Source of the DNA: Actinomycetes bacterium
GTDB lineage: Bacteria > Actinomycetota > Acidimicrobiia > IMCC26256 > PALSA-610
Reading direction: 5' to 3'
Length of the DNA stretch: 64,000 bases
Assembly (NCBI GenBank): GCA_025463905.1
Contig: JAODBJ010000238.1
Location: forward strand, 7,629 to 71,628
Shown here in pieces: positions 42,273-51,755 of this stretch; the first letter of the stretch is position 1; each line of letters starts with the position of its first letter. Under the pieces are notes generated by a model. It did not search any database and was not told the origin of the DNA. It worked only from the letters and a program-made list of their open reading frames with translations. The translations under genes were made by a program, and so were the position numbers.

Positions 42273-43655
42273 CTAGGACCTGGGCCCACCGGATGGCAGT
42301 TCCGGCATGCCTTCCATCTGCTGCAGCGCCCGCAGGTCGGAGAGGCGCGGCCGCTTCCCCTTTTTGCCCTTCTTGCCCCCACCGAAGCCTCGCATCATCT
42401 GCTGGACCTGCTTGAACTGTTTGAGCAGCTGGTTGACGTCGGAGGTGTTGGTGCCACTCCCCCGGGCGATCCGGGTACGGCGCGAACCGTTCACGACGGT
42501 CGGATTCCGTCGCTCCTCGAGGGTCATCGACCGGATGATCGCCTCGATCTTGCCGATCTCACGGTCGTCGATCTGCGCCTTGCGCACTTCCTTCGGGAGG
42601 CCGGGCATCATGCCAATCAGGCTCTGCAGGCTCCCCATCTTCTTCACCTGCTGCATCTGCTCGAGGAAGTCTTCGAGGGTGAACTCGCCTTCGAGGACGA
42701 TGCGCTCGGCCTTGGCCTTCTGCTCATCGTCGAACGCCTCTTCGGCCTTCTCGATGAGCGTGAGCATGTCGCCCATGCCGAGGATCCGGCTCGCCATGCG
42801 GTCGGGGTAGAACGGCTCGAAGTCTTCGACGTTCTCGCCGGTCCCCGCGAAGAGGATCGGCTTGCCGACGACTTCCTTCACCGACAGCGCCGCGCCACCG
42901 CGTGCGTCACCGTCGATCTTGGTAAGCACCACACCGTCGAGCCCGACGGTCTGGTTGAACGCTTCCGCGACGTTCACGGCTTCCTGGCCGGTCATCGCGT
43001 CGACGACCAGCAATGTGTTCTGCGGTTTCACCGCCTGTTCGATGCGCCGCAACTCGTCCATGAGTTCCGTGTCGATCTGCAACCGGCCGGCGGTGTCGAC
43101 GATCACCACGTTGCGACCGAGCCGCGCGGCTTCCTCGATCGCGCCGAGCGCAACCGACACCGGGTCGCTCGCTTCCGAATAGAACGGCACCTCGACGCGC
43201 TGCGCGAGCACTCGGAGTTGCTCGACCGCGGCGGGCCGCTGCAGGTCGGCACCCACGAGCAACGGTTGCAGGCCCTGCGACTTCAACAGCCGCGCCAGCT
43301 TGGCGGCGGCAGTGGTTTTCCCGGAACCCTGGAGGCCGGCGAGCATCACGACCGTCGGCGGTTTCGAGCTCATCGTGATCTTGCCGGCTTCGCCGCCGAG
43401 CGTCTGCACAAGTTCTTCGTGCACGATCTTGATGACCTGTTGCGCCGGCGACAGGCTCTTCGACAAGTCGGCGTCGACCGCGCGGGCTTTCACTCTCGCG
43501 ATGAAGTCCTTCACCACGCGGACGTTCACGTCGGCTTCGAGGAGTGCGCGGCGGATCTCGCGCGCGATCTCGTCGATGTCGGCTTCGCTCAGCCGGCCGC
43601 GACTGCGCAGGCGGCTGAAGATGCCTTCGAAACGGTCGGAGAGGGCGTCGAACAC
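42273..43655 (-). CDS. ffh: Signal recognition particle protein
   Basis: N/G domains GLQGSGKTT and DTAGRL. M domain with a Met-rich finger, and a C-terminal [10 protein letters not shown]. Confidence 0.95.
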   Translation of the reverse strand: MFDALSDRFEGIFSRLRSRGRLSEADIDEIAREIRRALLEADVNVRVVKDFIARVKARAVDADLSKSLSPAQQVIKIVHEELVQTLGGEAGKITMSSKPPTVVMLAGLQGSGKTTAAAKLARLLKSQGLQPLLVGADLQRPAAVEQLRVLAQRVEVPFYSEASDPVSVALGAIEEAARLGRNVVIVDTAGRLQIDTELMDELRRIEQAVKPQNTLLVVDAMTGQEAVNVAEAFNQTVGLDGVVLTKIDGDARGGAALSVKEVVGKPILFAGTGENVEDFEPFYPDRMASRILGMGDMLTLIEKAEEAFDDEQKAKAERIVLEGEFTLEDFLEQMQQVKKMGSLQSLIGMMPGLPKEVRKAQIDDREIGKIEAIIRSMTLEERRNPTVVNGSRRTRIARGSGTNTSDVNQLLKQFKQVQQMMRGFGGGKKGKKGKRPRLSDLRALQQMEGMPELPSGGPRS

Positions 43656-43693
43656 GGTGGACCAGGCTACCGATACTCAGCTACTCGGCCGCT

Positions 43694-44881
43694 TCAGTCG
43701 TTGAACAGCGCGTCGGCGAATTCGACCGGGTCGAAGGCAACGAGGTCGCCGACGCCCTCGCCGACGCCCACCGCCTTTACGGGCAGGCCCAGCTCATGTT
43801 GGATCGCGAGCACGATGCCGCCCTTGGCGGTGCCGTCGAGTTTGGTGAGCACGATGCCGGTCACGTCCACTGCGTCGGCGAATTCGCGCGCTTGCACGAG
43901 CCCGTTCTGACCGGTGGACGCGTCGATGACGAGGAGCACTTCTTTCAGCGCGCCCTCGGTGCGATCGACGATGCGGCGGAGCTTCTTCAGCTCCTCCATC
44001 AGGTTGACCTTCGTGTGCAAGCGACCGGCCGTGTCGACGAGCACGAGATCAGCGCCCCGGCTCGCAGCTGCGCTCATCGCATCGAATACCACCGAACCAG
44101 GGTCTGCGCCTTCCTGGCCGCGCACGATCTCACCGCCCGTTCGCTCGGCCCACAGCGCGAGCTGCTCGGCGGCGGCGGCACGGAATGTGTCGGCCGCGGC
44201 GAGCAGGACGCGATGGCCCTGCGCGGTTTCCTGTGCTGCGAGCTTGCCGATCGTCGTCGTCTTCCCGACGCCGTTGACCCCGACGAACATCCACACGTTG
44301 GGTTCGCCGGGTGTGAGATGAAACGAGCGGTCGCTGTCGCCGTCGAGCACGGCCACGACCTCGGCCCGCAACTCCTCCACCACGTTGTCGGGACCACTGC
44401 CGTTCACGCGCTGGCGCACCGCGTCGAGCAGTCGTTGTGTCGTGGCTACGCCGACGTCGGCGAGCAGCAACGCCTCTTCGAGCTCGTCCCACGTGTCGGC
44501 GTCGACCTTGTGGCCCCGCATCTCGCGCAGGTAGCCGGACAGCGCGCTGCGGGTACGGCCGAGCCGGTCGCGCAGACGCGGCTTCTCGAGGACGACTTCC
44601 GGCGCTTCAGCTTCAGGCGCTTCGGCTTCGGGCGGCGCGGCGGGGGCGGCGGCTTCCCGGCGCAGCGCCTCTTCGAGTTGTGCGATCTCTTCGGCTTCGC
44701 GGGCCGCCGCTTCAGGTGTCTTCGTCGGCGGCGGCACCGCCGGCGGCCGGGTCAGATCGGGGGCTTCACCCGGAAGCTCACGGGAGCGGGATCCCCGGCC
44801 GATGCCGGTCCGCGTGAACGCGACGACCACGCCCGCCAAGACGAGCACGGCCACGACGATCACGATGACGACAGCGATCAC
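43694..44881 (-). CDS. ftsY: SRP receptor FtsY with N-terminal TM anchor
   Basis: GVNGVGKTTT, DTAGRL and TKLDGTAKGG. The N-terminal hydrophobic IAVVIVIVVAVLVLAGVVV is followed by an acidic linker. Confidence 0.95.
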   Translation of the reverse strand: MIAVVIVIVVAVLVLAGVVVAFTRTGIGRGSRSRELPGEAPDLTRPPAVPPPTKTPEAAAREAEEIAQLEEALRREAAAPAAPPEAEAPEAEAPEVVLEKPRLRDRLGRTRSALSGYLREMRGHKVDADTWDELEEALLLADVGVATTQRLLDAVRQRVNGSGPDNVVEELRAEVVAVLDGDSDRSFHLTPGEPNVWMFVGVNGVGKTTTIGKLAAQETAQGHRVLLAAADTFRAAAAEQLALWAERTGGEIVRGQEGADPGSVVFDAMSAAASRGADLVLVDTAGRLHTKVNLMEELKKLRRIVDRTEGALKEVLLVIDASTGQNGLVQAREFADAVDVTGIVLTKLDGTAKGGIVLAIQHELGLPVKAVGVGEGVGDLVAFDPVEFADALFND

Positions 44882-44926
44882 AGCCGACGAGGGTACCCAC
44901 GGACCACCGCCGCGCTCGGCCCGAGC

Positions 44927-45955
44927 TCAGGGTTTTGGCGGCTCGTTGGGAGGGCTCGGAGCAGGGTTCTGGGTCGTGGGGCCGGCGGCAATCCCGGCCG
45001 TGCCGAGCGCCCTGCGGACCCGGGCGCGCAGCTCGCGTGCGACCCGCCACTGTTCGAGCGGAGCCGTTTTCACCACGAGGCGGATCACGACGCTGTCGAG
45101 GCTGAGACTCTCCACTCCCCATACTTCCGGCTCGGCCAGGATCGCGTCGCGCCAGCGTTCCTCGTGTGCCAGCGTGCGTGCAGTCTCCAAAATCACCTCT
45201 TGCGCGCGGTCGATGTTGGCGTCGTAGGACACCGGGATGTCGAGCACCGCACGCGACCACTGCTGCGACTTGTTGCCGACGCGCGGGATACCGCCGTTCG
45301 GCACGTACCACGCGACGCCTTCGACGTCGCGCAGTTTGGTCGTGCGCAGCGTGACGGCTTCCACCGTGCCGGTCGCAAGTCCGGTGTCGATCACGTCGCC
45401 CACGCCAACCTGGTCCTCGAAGATAATGAACGTGCCGGCGATCAGGTCGCGCAGCAGGTTCTGCGCGCCGAAACCGAGCGCGACACCGATGAGTCCCGCG
45501 CTCGTGAGCAGTGTCGCCGCCTTGATGCCGAGGGCGCTCAGCATGAGCACGATCGCGACGGACCAGATGATGATCGTGGCGAAGCTGCGCAAACCGCCCC
45601 CGATCGTCTCCGCGCGTTGATGGCGCCGCAGGTCGGGTGTGGGTGACGTCTTCTCGAGCATGGCGAACACGCGCCGGTTGCGCAGCCACGTGAACCGCCC
45701 CGCGCTCTCCCACTGCGTTACTGCGCGCCGGATCACTCGCCGCACGACCCGGTTCACGAGCCACGCGCCGAACGCGATGAGCAGCACGGATACCAACGGC
45801 GACAAGTGCGCGCCCGCATGGCCGGCGGACACGCTGTGGGTGGTGTCTGCAAGCCACCGGCACAACCACGGCTCGCGGTCGACGCCGCACGCTCTCGTGA
45901 CGGTGTCGGCGGGGACGCTGGTGGGTGACGCGGTCTGCGCGACGAACAACGACAT
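44927..45955 (-). CDS. Mechanosensitive ion channel (MscS family)
   Basis: TM3/beta domain signature GFGAQNLLRDLIAGTFIIFEDQVGVGDVI...GTVEAVTLRTT. Confidence 0.85.
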   Translation of the reverse strand: MSLFVAQTASPTSVPADTVTRACGVDREPWLCRWLADTTHSVSAGHAGAHLSPLVSVLLIAFGAWLVNRVVRRVIRRAVTQWESAGRFTWLRNRRVFAMLEKTSPTPDLRRHQRAETIGGGLRSFATIIIWSVAIVLMLSALGIKAATLLTSAGLIGVALGFGAQNLLRDLIAGTFIIFEDQVGVGDVIDTGLATGTVEAVTLRTTKLRDVEGVAWYVPNGGIPRVGNKSQQWSRAVLDIPVSYDANIDRAQEVILETARTLAHEERWRDAILAEPEVWGVESLSLDSVVIRLVVKTAPLEQWRVARELRARVRRALGTAGIAAGPTTQNPAPSPPNEPPKP

Positions 45956-45981
45956 CGCGCCGCGACGCTATCGAGCGGTCG

Positions 45982-48900
45982 TCACGCGCGGTCGAACTCC
46001 AGGTCGCGGATGCGCTGGCTGACGACGCGGCTCGATCCGCCGGGCGGCATCGAGACGCCATACAGCACGTCAGCCGCCTCCATGGTGCGCTTCTGGTGCG
46101 ACACCACCAACAGTTGTGCTTCGCCCCGGAACTCGTGCAGCAAGTCGAGGAACCGGTGCAGGTTCACGTCGTCGAGCGCAGCCTCCACCTCGTCCATCAG
46201 GTAGAAGGGCGAGGGCCGGGCCCGGAAGACCGAGAAGAGGTACGCGAGCGCGGTGAGCGACCGTTCCCCGCCGGAGAGTAACGACAGGCGTCGCACGGTC
46301 TTGCCCGATGGGCGCGCCTCGATCTCGATGCCCGTGTCGAGCAGGTTGTCGGGATCGGTGAGCACGAGACGGCCGGCACCGCCGGGGAACAGGGTGGAGA
46401 ACAGCGATTCGAAGTTCGCCGCGACATCGCGGAACGCGGCTTCGAACACGCTGATGATCTCAGCATCCACCGCGCGGATCACGCGGGTGAGTTCCCGCCG
46501 GGTGTTCTTCACGTCTTCGAGTTGCGCCTGAAGGAACTCGTGGCGTTCGAGCAAGGATTCGTACTCGCTCAGGGCGAGCGGATTCACGGGCCCCATGATG
46601 CGCAGCTCGCGCTCGAGTTCGCGCGCTCGCGCCGGGAGGGTGATCCCGTCACCGACGTCGGGTGCGGGGGCTTCGATCGCGGCTTCCGGTTCGCAGTCGA
46701 AGTCTCGGCGGATCGCTTCGGTCGCGGTCTCGATCCGCAAGCGAAGCTCGGCTTCTTCGACCTCGAGGCGCGACACCCGTTCGCGAACTTCGGTGAGTTC
46801 GCGCTCGGCCGTCGCCCGCTCACCGCGCAACGAGTCGAGCGTGCGGCCCGCCTCGCGTGCCGCCTCCGACTGTTCGCGCCGGCGTTCGCGGAGTCGTTCC
46901 GCAAGTGCGTCGACCTCGCCCGAGCGCTCCTGGAGGCGCGCGTCGAGTTCGGCCACGACCGACTGGCGCGCGGCAAGCAAGGCGCGACGCCGGCGGGCTG
47001 CGGCCTCTTCGTCGGGGCGAGCGGCGAGGCGCGCCTCGACATCCGCAAGCCGGCGCGCGACCAGCGTGCGCCGCTCTTCGATGCCGGCACCACGCACGTC
47101 GAAGTCGCGGCGAAGCCGCGAGGCCGCGGCAGTGAGGCGCTCCAACTCTGCCCGGCGGGCCCGGCGCGCGTCGGCCGCCGACTGTTCGTGACGGTGTGCC
47201 GCCGCAACCGCTTCGGTCGCGCTCGCGACCTTCGCCTCGGTATCGGCGAGTCGCGCCCGGGCGGCCGCGAGGGTGTCGGGATGCCCGTGCTGTTCCTCGG
47301 CCAGTTGCGCGTCGCGGCGCTCGAGCAGCGATCGCCGTTCCAGCAGCGTGGCCTCGCGCACCTCGACTTCGCGCCGCGCGTCGGCCGCAGCCACCTCGGC
47401 CTGCTCCATCTCGGCGCGGTGTTGGCGTTCGCGTTCGCTGGCAACCAGCTCGGCCCGCCGCGCCGCGGCCAGTTGCATCCGTGCCGCGTCGAGGTGGTGC
47501 TCGGCGTCGCCCGCGGCGGCGAGCGCGGTCGCCGCGTGTTGCGCGGCTTCGTCGACCGCGGCGGGGGTGATGGCGGGTGCGCCCGGCGGCCCGGTGCGCC
47601 AGGGCGACAGGCCGCCGAAGCGGTCGCCGGCGGGTGTGACGACGACGAGTTCGGGGTGTGCCGTGACAACGTCGAGTGCTTGCTCCCAGCTGCCGACGAG
47701 AACCGTGCGGCCGAGCAGGCGGGTGAGGAGCACTTCCAGTTCGGGCGCCGGCGCGCGTACGCATTCGAGGAGCGACCGGCTGCCGTACGGCACGGATGCA
47801 ATGGCGCCGGCGGCGCCGCTCACGACGAGCAACAGCGCTCGTACATCGCCCTGCTTGGCGCGTTCGACGGCGTGACGAACGGCAGTGCCACCCGCGACCA
47901 CGATCGCATCGAGCGCCTCGCCGAGTGCGGCAGCTACTGCGAGCTCGGTGCCGTCCTCGATCGCGAGGTGATCGACGAGCGGTCCGGCGACGCCGTCGAT
48001 GTCGGCCAGGGCATCGGCGTTGGTCGCCGCGTGAGCCGATTGGAGCGCGAGCGTCAGCGCTTCGGCGCGCGCCTGCCAGCGCGACGCCTCGGCTTCGTGG
48101 GCGTGGCGCGTCGTTTCAGCGGCATGGACCGCCTCTTCTGCCGCCTGCCGGGCGCGAGCTTCGGGTCGCAGGTCGGGGGCGACGGCGTCGCGGGCGTCGA
48201 CCTCGCCTCGCAGCGACGCGGCACGCGCCGCGAGTTCCTCGGCGGCAATGCGCGCCGGGGCGAGCTCACCCGTCGCGCGGGTGACGTCGGCCAGCTCCGC
48301 CCGCACCGCGTCGAGCGCGGCGCGAAGTTCCCGGCCGCGCGACTCGAGTGCTTCGAGCGCGTGCGTCGCGTCTCGGTGCTCGGCGCTCGCGGCACGCGCG
48401 GTGGCCTCGACGTCTTCTTGCGACCGTGACCGCTCTTCGCCGGCGGCGGCTTCGAGCTCGGCCCGAAACGCGGCGACGCGTTCTTCGGCCGCTTCGACCT
48501 CGGCGCGTGTGGGCGCGAGCGATGCGAAGTCGGCATCGACCTCGGCCAGCTCGATGCGGAGCGCGGCCGCGTCGGCGACGAGCGTCTCGACGACGCCTTC
48601 GTCGGCCACCGCGGCCAGCTCACGCTCGAACGCGCGTTGGCGAGCGGACACAAGCGCGACAAGACCACGCGCGCGTTCGCGGAGCGCCTCGGTGCGAGCC
48701 AGCACGTCGGCGAGATCGTCGTCGCCGGGGCGCGCCAACGCCTTCTCCGCGTCGAGCACCGACGCGTCGAGCGCGCGCAGGCGGACGCGCACATCGTGTT
48801 CCTGCGTCGTGAGCTCCGCGCGGGATGCGCGACGGCGCGTCTGGCGCAGCCGCAACTGCTCTATCTCGCGGCCGGACAGGTGGAGACGCACGGAGCGCAA

Positions 48901-49563
48901 CTCCGCTACCAGACCGTCGTGGCGGCGAGCGGCGTCGGCCTGGCGTTCGAGCGGCCGCAGCTGGCGGCGCACTTCCCGCAACAGGTCGGTGAGGCGCAGG
49001 AGGTTGCCTTCGGTTGCGTCGAGCCGCCGCTCGGCCTTTTCCTTCCGCTTGCGGTACTTGAGGACGCCGGCCGCTTCCTCGATCACGGCGCGGCGATCCT
49101 CGGAGCGCGCGTTCAAGACCGCGTCGAGCTGGCCCTGTCCGACGATCACGTGTTGTTGGCGGCCGATTCCGGAGTCGGAGAGGAGGTCTTGCACGTCGAG
49201 CAACCGGCACGGCACGCCGTTGATTTGGTACTCCGACTCGCCGGTGCGGAACAACGTGCGCGTGATCGTCACTTCCGAGAACTCGATCGGGAGGAGTCCG
49301 GCCGCGTTGTCGATCGTGAGGGCCACTTCGGCGCGCCCGAGCGCGGGACGATCCGAGGTGCCGGCGAAGATGACGTCGTCCATCTTCCCGCCCCGCAACG
49401 CTCGTGCGCCCTGCGCGCCGAGCACCCATGCCACCGCGTCGACGAGGTTCGACTTGCCCGAGCCGTTCGGGCCGACGACGACCGTGACGCCCTGCTCGAA
49501 CTCGAGCGTCGTCTTGTCGGCGAACGATTTGAAGCCCCGTAGGGTCAACGCCTTCAGGAACAT
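45982..49563 (-). CDS. smc: Chromosome segregation protein SMC
   Basis: N-terminal FKSFAD...GPNGSGKSN, long coiled coils, a hinge, and a C-terminal LSGGERSLTALAYLF...PFYLMDEVEAALD. Confidence 0.95.
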   Translation of the reverse strand: MFLKALTLRGFKSFADKTTLEFEQGVTVVVGPNGSGKSNLVDAVAWVLGAQGARALRGGKMDDVIFAGTSDRPALGRAEVALTIDNAAGLLPIEFSEVTITRTLFRTGESEYQINGVPCRLLDVQDLLSDSGIGRQQHVIVGQGQLDAVLNARSEDRRAVIEEAAGVLKYRKRKEKAERRLDATEGNLLRLTDLLREVRRQLRPLERQADAARRHDGLVAELRSVRLHLSGREIEQLRLRQTRRRASRAELTTQEHDVRVRLRALDASVLDAEKALARPGDDDLADVLARTEALRERARGLVALVSARQRAFERELAAVADEGVVETLVADAAALRIELAEVDADFASLAPTRAEVEAAEERVAAFRAELEAAAGEERSRSQEDVEATARAASAEHRDATHALEALESRGRELRAALDAVRAELADVTRATGELAPARIAAEELAARAASLRGEVDARDAVAPDLRPEARARQAAEEAVHAAETTRHAHEAEASRWQARAEALTLALQSAHAATNADALADIDGVAGPLVDHLAIEDGTELAVAAALGEALDAIVVAGGTAVRHAVERAKQGDVRALLLVVSGAAGAIASVPYGSRSLLECVRAPAPELEVLLTRLLGRTVLVGSWEQALDVVTAHPELVVVTPAGDRFGGLSPWRTGPPGAPAITPAAVDEAAQHAATALAAAGDAEHHLDAARMQLAAARRAELVASERERQHRAEMEQAEVAAADARREVEVREATLLERRSLLERRDAQLAEEQHGHPDTLAAARARLADTEAKVASATEAVAAAHRHEQSAADARRARRAELERLTAAASRLRRDFDVRGAGIEERRTLVARRLADVEARLAARPDEEAAARRRRALLAARQSVVAELDARLQERSGEVDALAERLRERRREQSEAAREAGRTLDSLRGERATAERELTEVRERVSRLEVEEAELRLRIETATEAIRRDFDCEPEAAIEAPAPDVGDGITLPARARELERELRIMGPVNPLALSEYESLLERHEFLQAQLEDVKNTRRELTRVIRAVDAEIISVFEAAFRDVAANFESLFSTLFPGGAGRLVLTDPDNLLDTGIEIEARPSGKTVRRLSLLSGGERSLTALAYLFSVFRARPSPFYLMDEVEAALDDVNLHRFLDLLHEFRGEAQLLVVSHQKRTMEAADVLYGVSMPPGGSSRVVSQRIRDLEFDRA

Positions 49564-49626
49564 GGGCCCCCTCTCCGGCGAGGATCGTAGGGTGCAGGGT
49601 GGGCGAAACGGCGGACCAGGGCCCGA

Positions 49627-49908
49627 CTAGCGAATCCGGAACCCGGCTTCCCCGATCGGAGCTTCAGGATGTACGTCGATGTCGTCCACGCGGGCGCGGG
49701 GCGGACCGTGGCGACACCATGTCACCATCCGTTCGAGCGCGGCCGGGGGACCCTCGAATGCCGCTTCGACGCTGCCGTCGATCCGGTTGCTCACCCACCC
49801 CGACACGCCCGCCGCCTTCGCTTCCTCCCGACACGCGTCGCGGAAGAACACACCCTGGACCCGGCCCCGCACCACCACCCGCACCCGTGCGAGCGCTAGA
49901 TCTGGCAT
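49627..49908 (-). CDS. acyP: Acylphosphatase
   Basis: ATG 49908 (13-nt overlap with the mutM end). VVRGRVQGVFFRD...GVSGWVSNRIDGSVEA is the acylphosphatase signature. Confidence 0.85.
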   Translation of the reverse strand: MPDLALARVRVVVRGRVQGVFFRDACREEAKAAGVSGWVSNRIDGSVEAAFEGPPAALERMVTWCRHGPPRARVDDIDVHPEAPIGEAGFRIR

Positions 49909-50735
49909 GCCTCGCAAAAGAACGTCGACCGGTTGCTGTAGCGGGCGCGCACGAGGGTGCGGTAACAGCGCGGGCACGACTTCCCCTCGCGGTCGTACAC
50001 CTGGTGACGGTCCTGGAACCCGCCCGGCTGGCCGAACAGGTCGACGTACTGCTCGTCGGCGAGAGACGAGCCCCGGTACTTCACCGCTTCGTTCAGCGTC
50101 TCGATGATCGCACGCGACAGACGGCGTATCTCCTCCGCCGAGAGCGAGTCCGCGGTGCGGTCCCAACGCAATCCGGCGGCGAACAGAATCTCGTCGCTGT
50201 AGATGTTGCCGATTCCGGCGACGAACTTTTGGTCCATCAGCAGCGTCTTCAACTTGGTGTGACGCGACGTGATGAGGCGCCCAAACGTCTCCCACGACAT
50301 CGCCTCGTCGAGCGGGTCGACGCCGAGGTGGGCAAGTTCGGTGACCTCGTCTTCGATTTCGAGGTACGACGTCACGAACATCTCCCCGAACGTGCGCGGG
50401 TCGACGAAACGCAGCTGACTGTTGTCGCTGAACGTGAACACCACGTGTAGGTGTTTCGGCGACGGTACCTTCGCGTTCTTCGCCCGTAGCAGTCGGCCCG
50501 ACATGCCGAGATGCGCGACCAGCGCGGTGTCTCCGTCGAGTCGCATCACGATGTACTTGCCTCGACGGGTCACCGATTTGATCGTGTGACCCTCGACCGC
50601 GCTGATGAACGCCTTCTTGCTCTTGTGGCGGCGGATCGAACGCAAGCCGGTGGCCTCGACTGCCTTGATCTTCTTGCCCGCGACTTCGCGATCGAGGTCG
50701 CGTCGGATCACTTCCACCTCAGGCAGTTCCGGCAT
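49896..50735 (-). CDS. mutM: Formamidopyrimidine-DNA glycosylase
   Basis: N-terminal MPELPEVE, H2TH region, and a C-terminal zinc finger CPRC...CEAC. Confidence 0.9.
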   Translation of the reverse strand: MPELPEVEVIRRDLDREVAGKKIKAVEATGLRSIRRHKSKKAFISAVEGHTIKSVTRRGKYIVMRLDGDTALVAHLGMSGRLLRAKNAKVPSPKHLHVVFTFSDNSQLRFVDPRTFGEMFVTSYLEIEDEVTELAHLGVDPLDEAMSWETFGRLITSRHTKLKTLLMDQKFVAGIGNIYSDEILFAAGLRWDRTADSLSAEEIRRLSRAIIETLNEAVKYRGSSLADEQYVDLFGQPGGFQDRHQVYDREGKSCPRCYRTLVRARYSNRSTFFCEACQI

Positions 50736-51453
50736 CCGCGCCTTCCTGCAGGTGGCTGTACGCGACCCACGCCGCGGCCTGCTCGGCCTGCTTCTTCGAA
50801 CGTCCTTCGCCTTCGCCGAACGGCTCGTCGCGCACCATCACGGTGGCGTAGAAATGCTTGGCGTGATCGGGACCTTCGGAACGCACGACGTAGCGGGGTC
50901 GCCCGAGCGACCGCTGCGCGGTGAGTTCTTGTAAACGGGTCTTGTAGTCGCGGCCGCCGGGGCCGGCCGCGGCCTCGGCGATACGGTCGCCGAACTGGCC
51001 GAGCACGAAGTCGCGGGCGGCCGCGAACCCCGCGTCGAGGAACACTGCCGCGATAAGCGCTTCGAGCGCGTCGGCGAGGATCGACTGTTTCGCACGGCCG
51101 CCCGCACCGTCTTCGCCTTTGCCGAGCAACAGGGAATCACCGAGCGCCAAATCGGCGGCGACTTCGGCGAGCACGCGCGCGTTCACCACGCCGGCGCGCA
51201 CTTCCGACAGTTGCCCTTCGGGCAGGTGCGGGAAGTGTTCGAACACGTAGTGCGACACGACCAGGCCGAGCACAGAATCGCCGAGGAACTCGAGCCGTTC
51301 GTTGGAGTCTTCGTCGCCGTTCTCGGCACACCACGAACGATGCGCGAGCGCGCGCAGCAACACTTCTCGGTCGTTGAACCGATGGCCGATGTTGGTTTCG
51401 AGCGCTTCGAGCGCCTCGGTGTTCAATCCGTTCCGGGCGCTCGTGTGGGTCAC
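50719..51453 (-). CDS. rnc: Ribonuclease III
   Basis: GTG 51453 (GTGA overlap with the upstream stop). Signature NERLEFLGDSVL, plus a dsRBD at the C-terminus. Confidence 0.9.
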   Translation of the reverse strand: MTHTSARNGLNTEALEALETNIGHRFNDREVLLRALAHRSWCAENGDEDSNERLEFLGDSVLGLVVSHYVFEHFPHLPEGQLSEVRAGVVNARVLAEVAADLALGDSLLLGKGEDGAGGRAKQSILADALEALIAAVFLDAGFAAARDFVLGQFGDRIAEAAAGPGGRDYKTRLQELTAQRSLGRPRYVVRSEGPDHAKHFYATVMVRDEPFGEGEGRSKKQAEQAAAWVAYSHLQEGADAGTA

Positions 51454-51755
51454 TGCGCCTGCTCCGATTCGAGCCGTGCGCACACGCAGTCGACGGCGTC
51501 GCGCACGGTGACGAGTTCCGCGAGGTCGTCGTCGTCGATGCGGAGGCCGATGCTGCGTTCGCCGATCTCGGCCTCGACCGCCTCGACGAGATCGATCAGC
51601 GCGTAGTCGTCGACGTCGAGATCTTCACGCAGCCGCGCGTCCATCACGATCATGTCGTCGTCGATGCTGAGCACATCGGCGAGACGCTCACAAACGATGA
51701 GCGCGACATCAGCGCGGCTCAGGGGTTGGTGGTGGCTATGAGTCTCAGCCGGCAT
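51450..51755 (-). CDS. Acyl-carrier-protein-like protein lacking the phosphopantetheine-attachment serine
   Basis: ATG 51755. Colinear with ACP helix II: EDLDVDDYALIDLVEAVEAEIG versus canonical [21 protein letters not shown]. The attachment Ser is replaced by Asp; the codons gac gtc gac gac tac were read directly. It sits in the plsX...acp-rnc-smc-ftsY position known from Bacillus. Confidence 0.7.
   Translation of the reverse strand: MPAETHSHHQPLSRADVALIVCERLADVLSIDDDMIVMDARLREDLDVDDYALIDLVEAVEAEIGERSIGLRIDDDDLAELVTVRDAVDCVCARLESEQAQ

Noticed and set aside
45982-49630. Several very long alternative-frame or antisense ORFs inside smc (e.g. 46522-48429 +, 48248-49630 +, 46584-47801 -, 46820-47764 -).
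   Set aside because: Their products are Arg/Ala/Pro/Ser-rich low-complexity strings with no motifs. In a high-GC genome, stop codons are rare in all frames. The minus-strand SMC frame has full-length Walker A, hinge and signature motifs, which explains the region.
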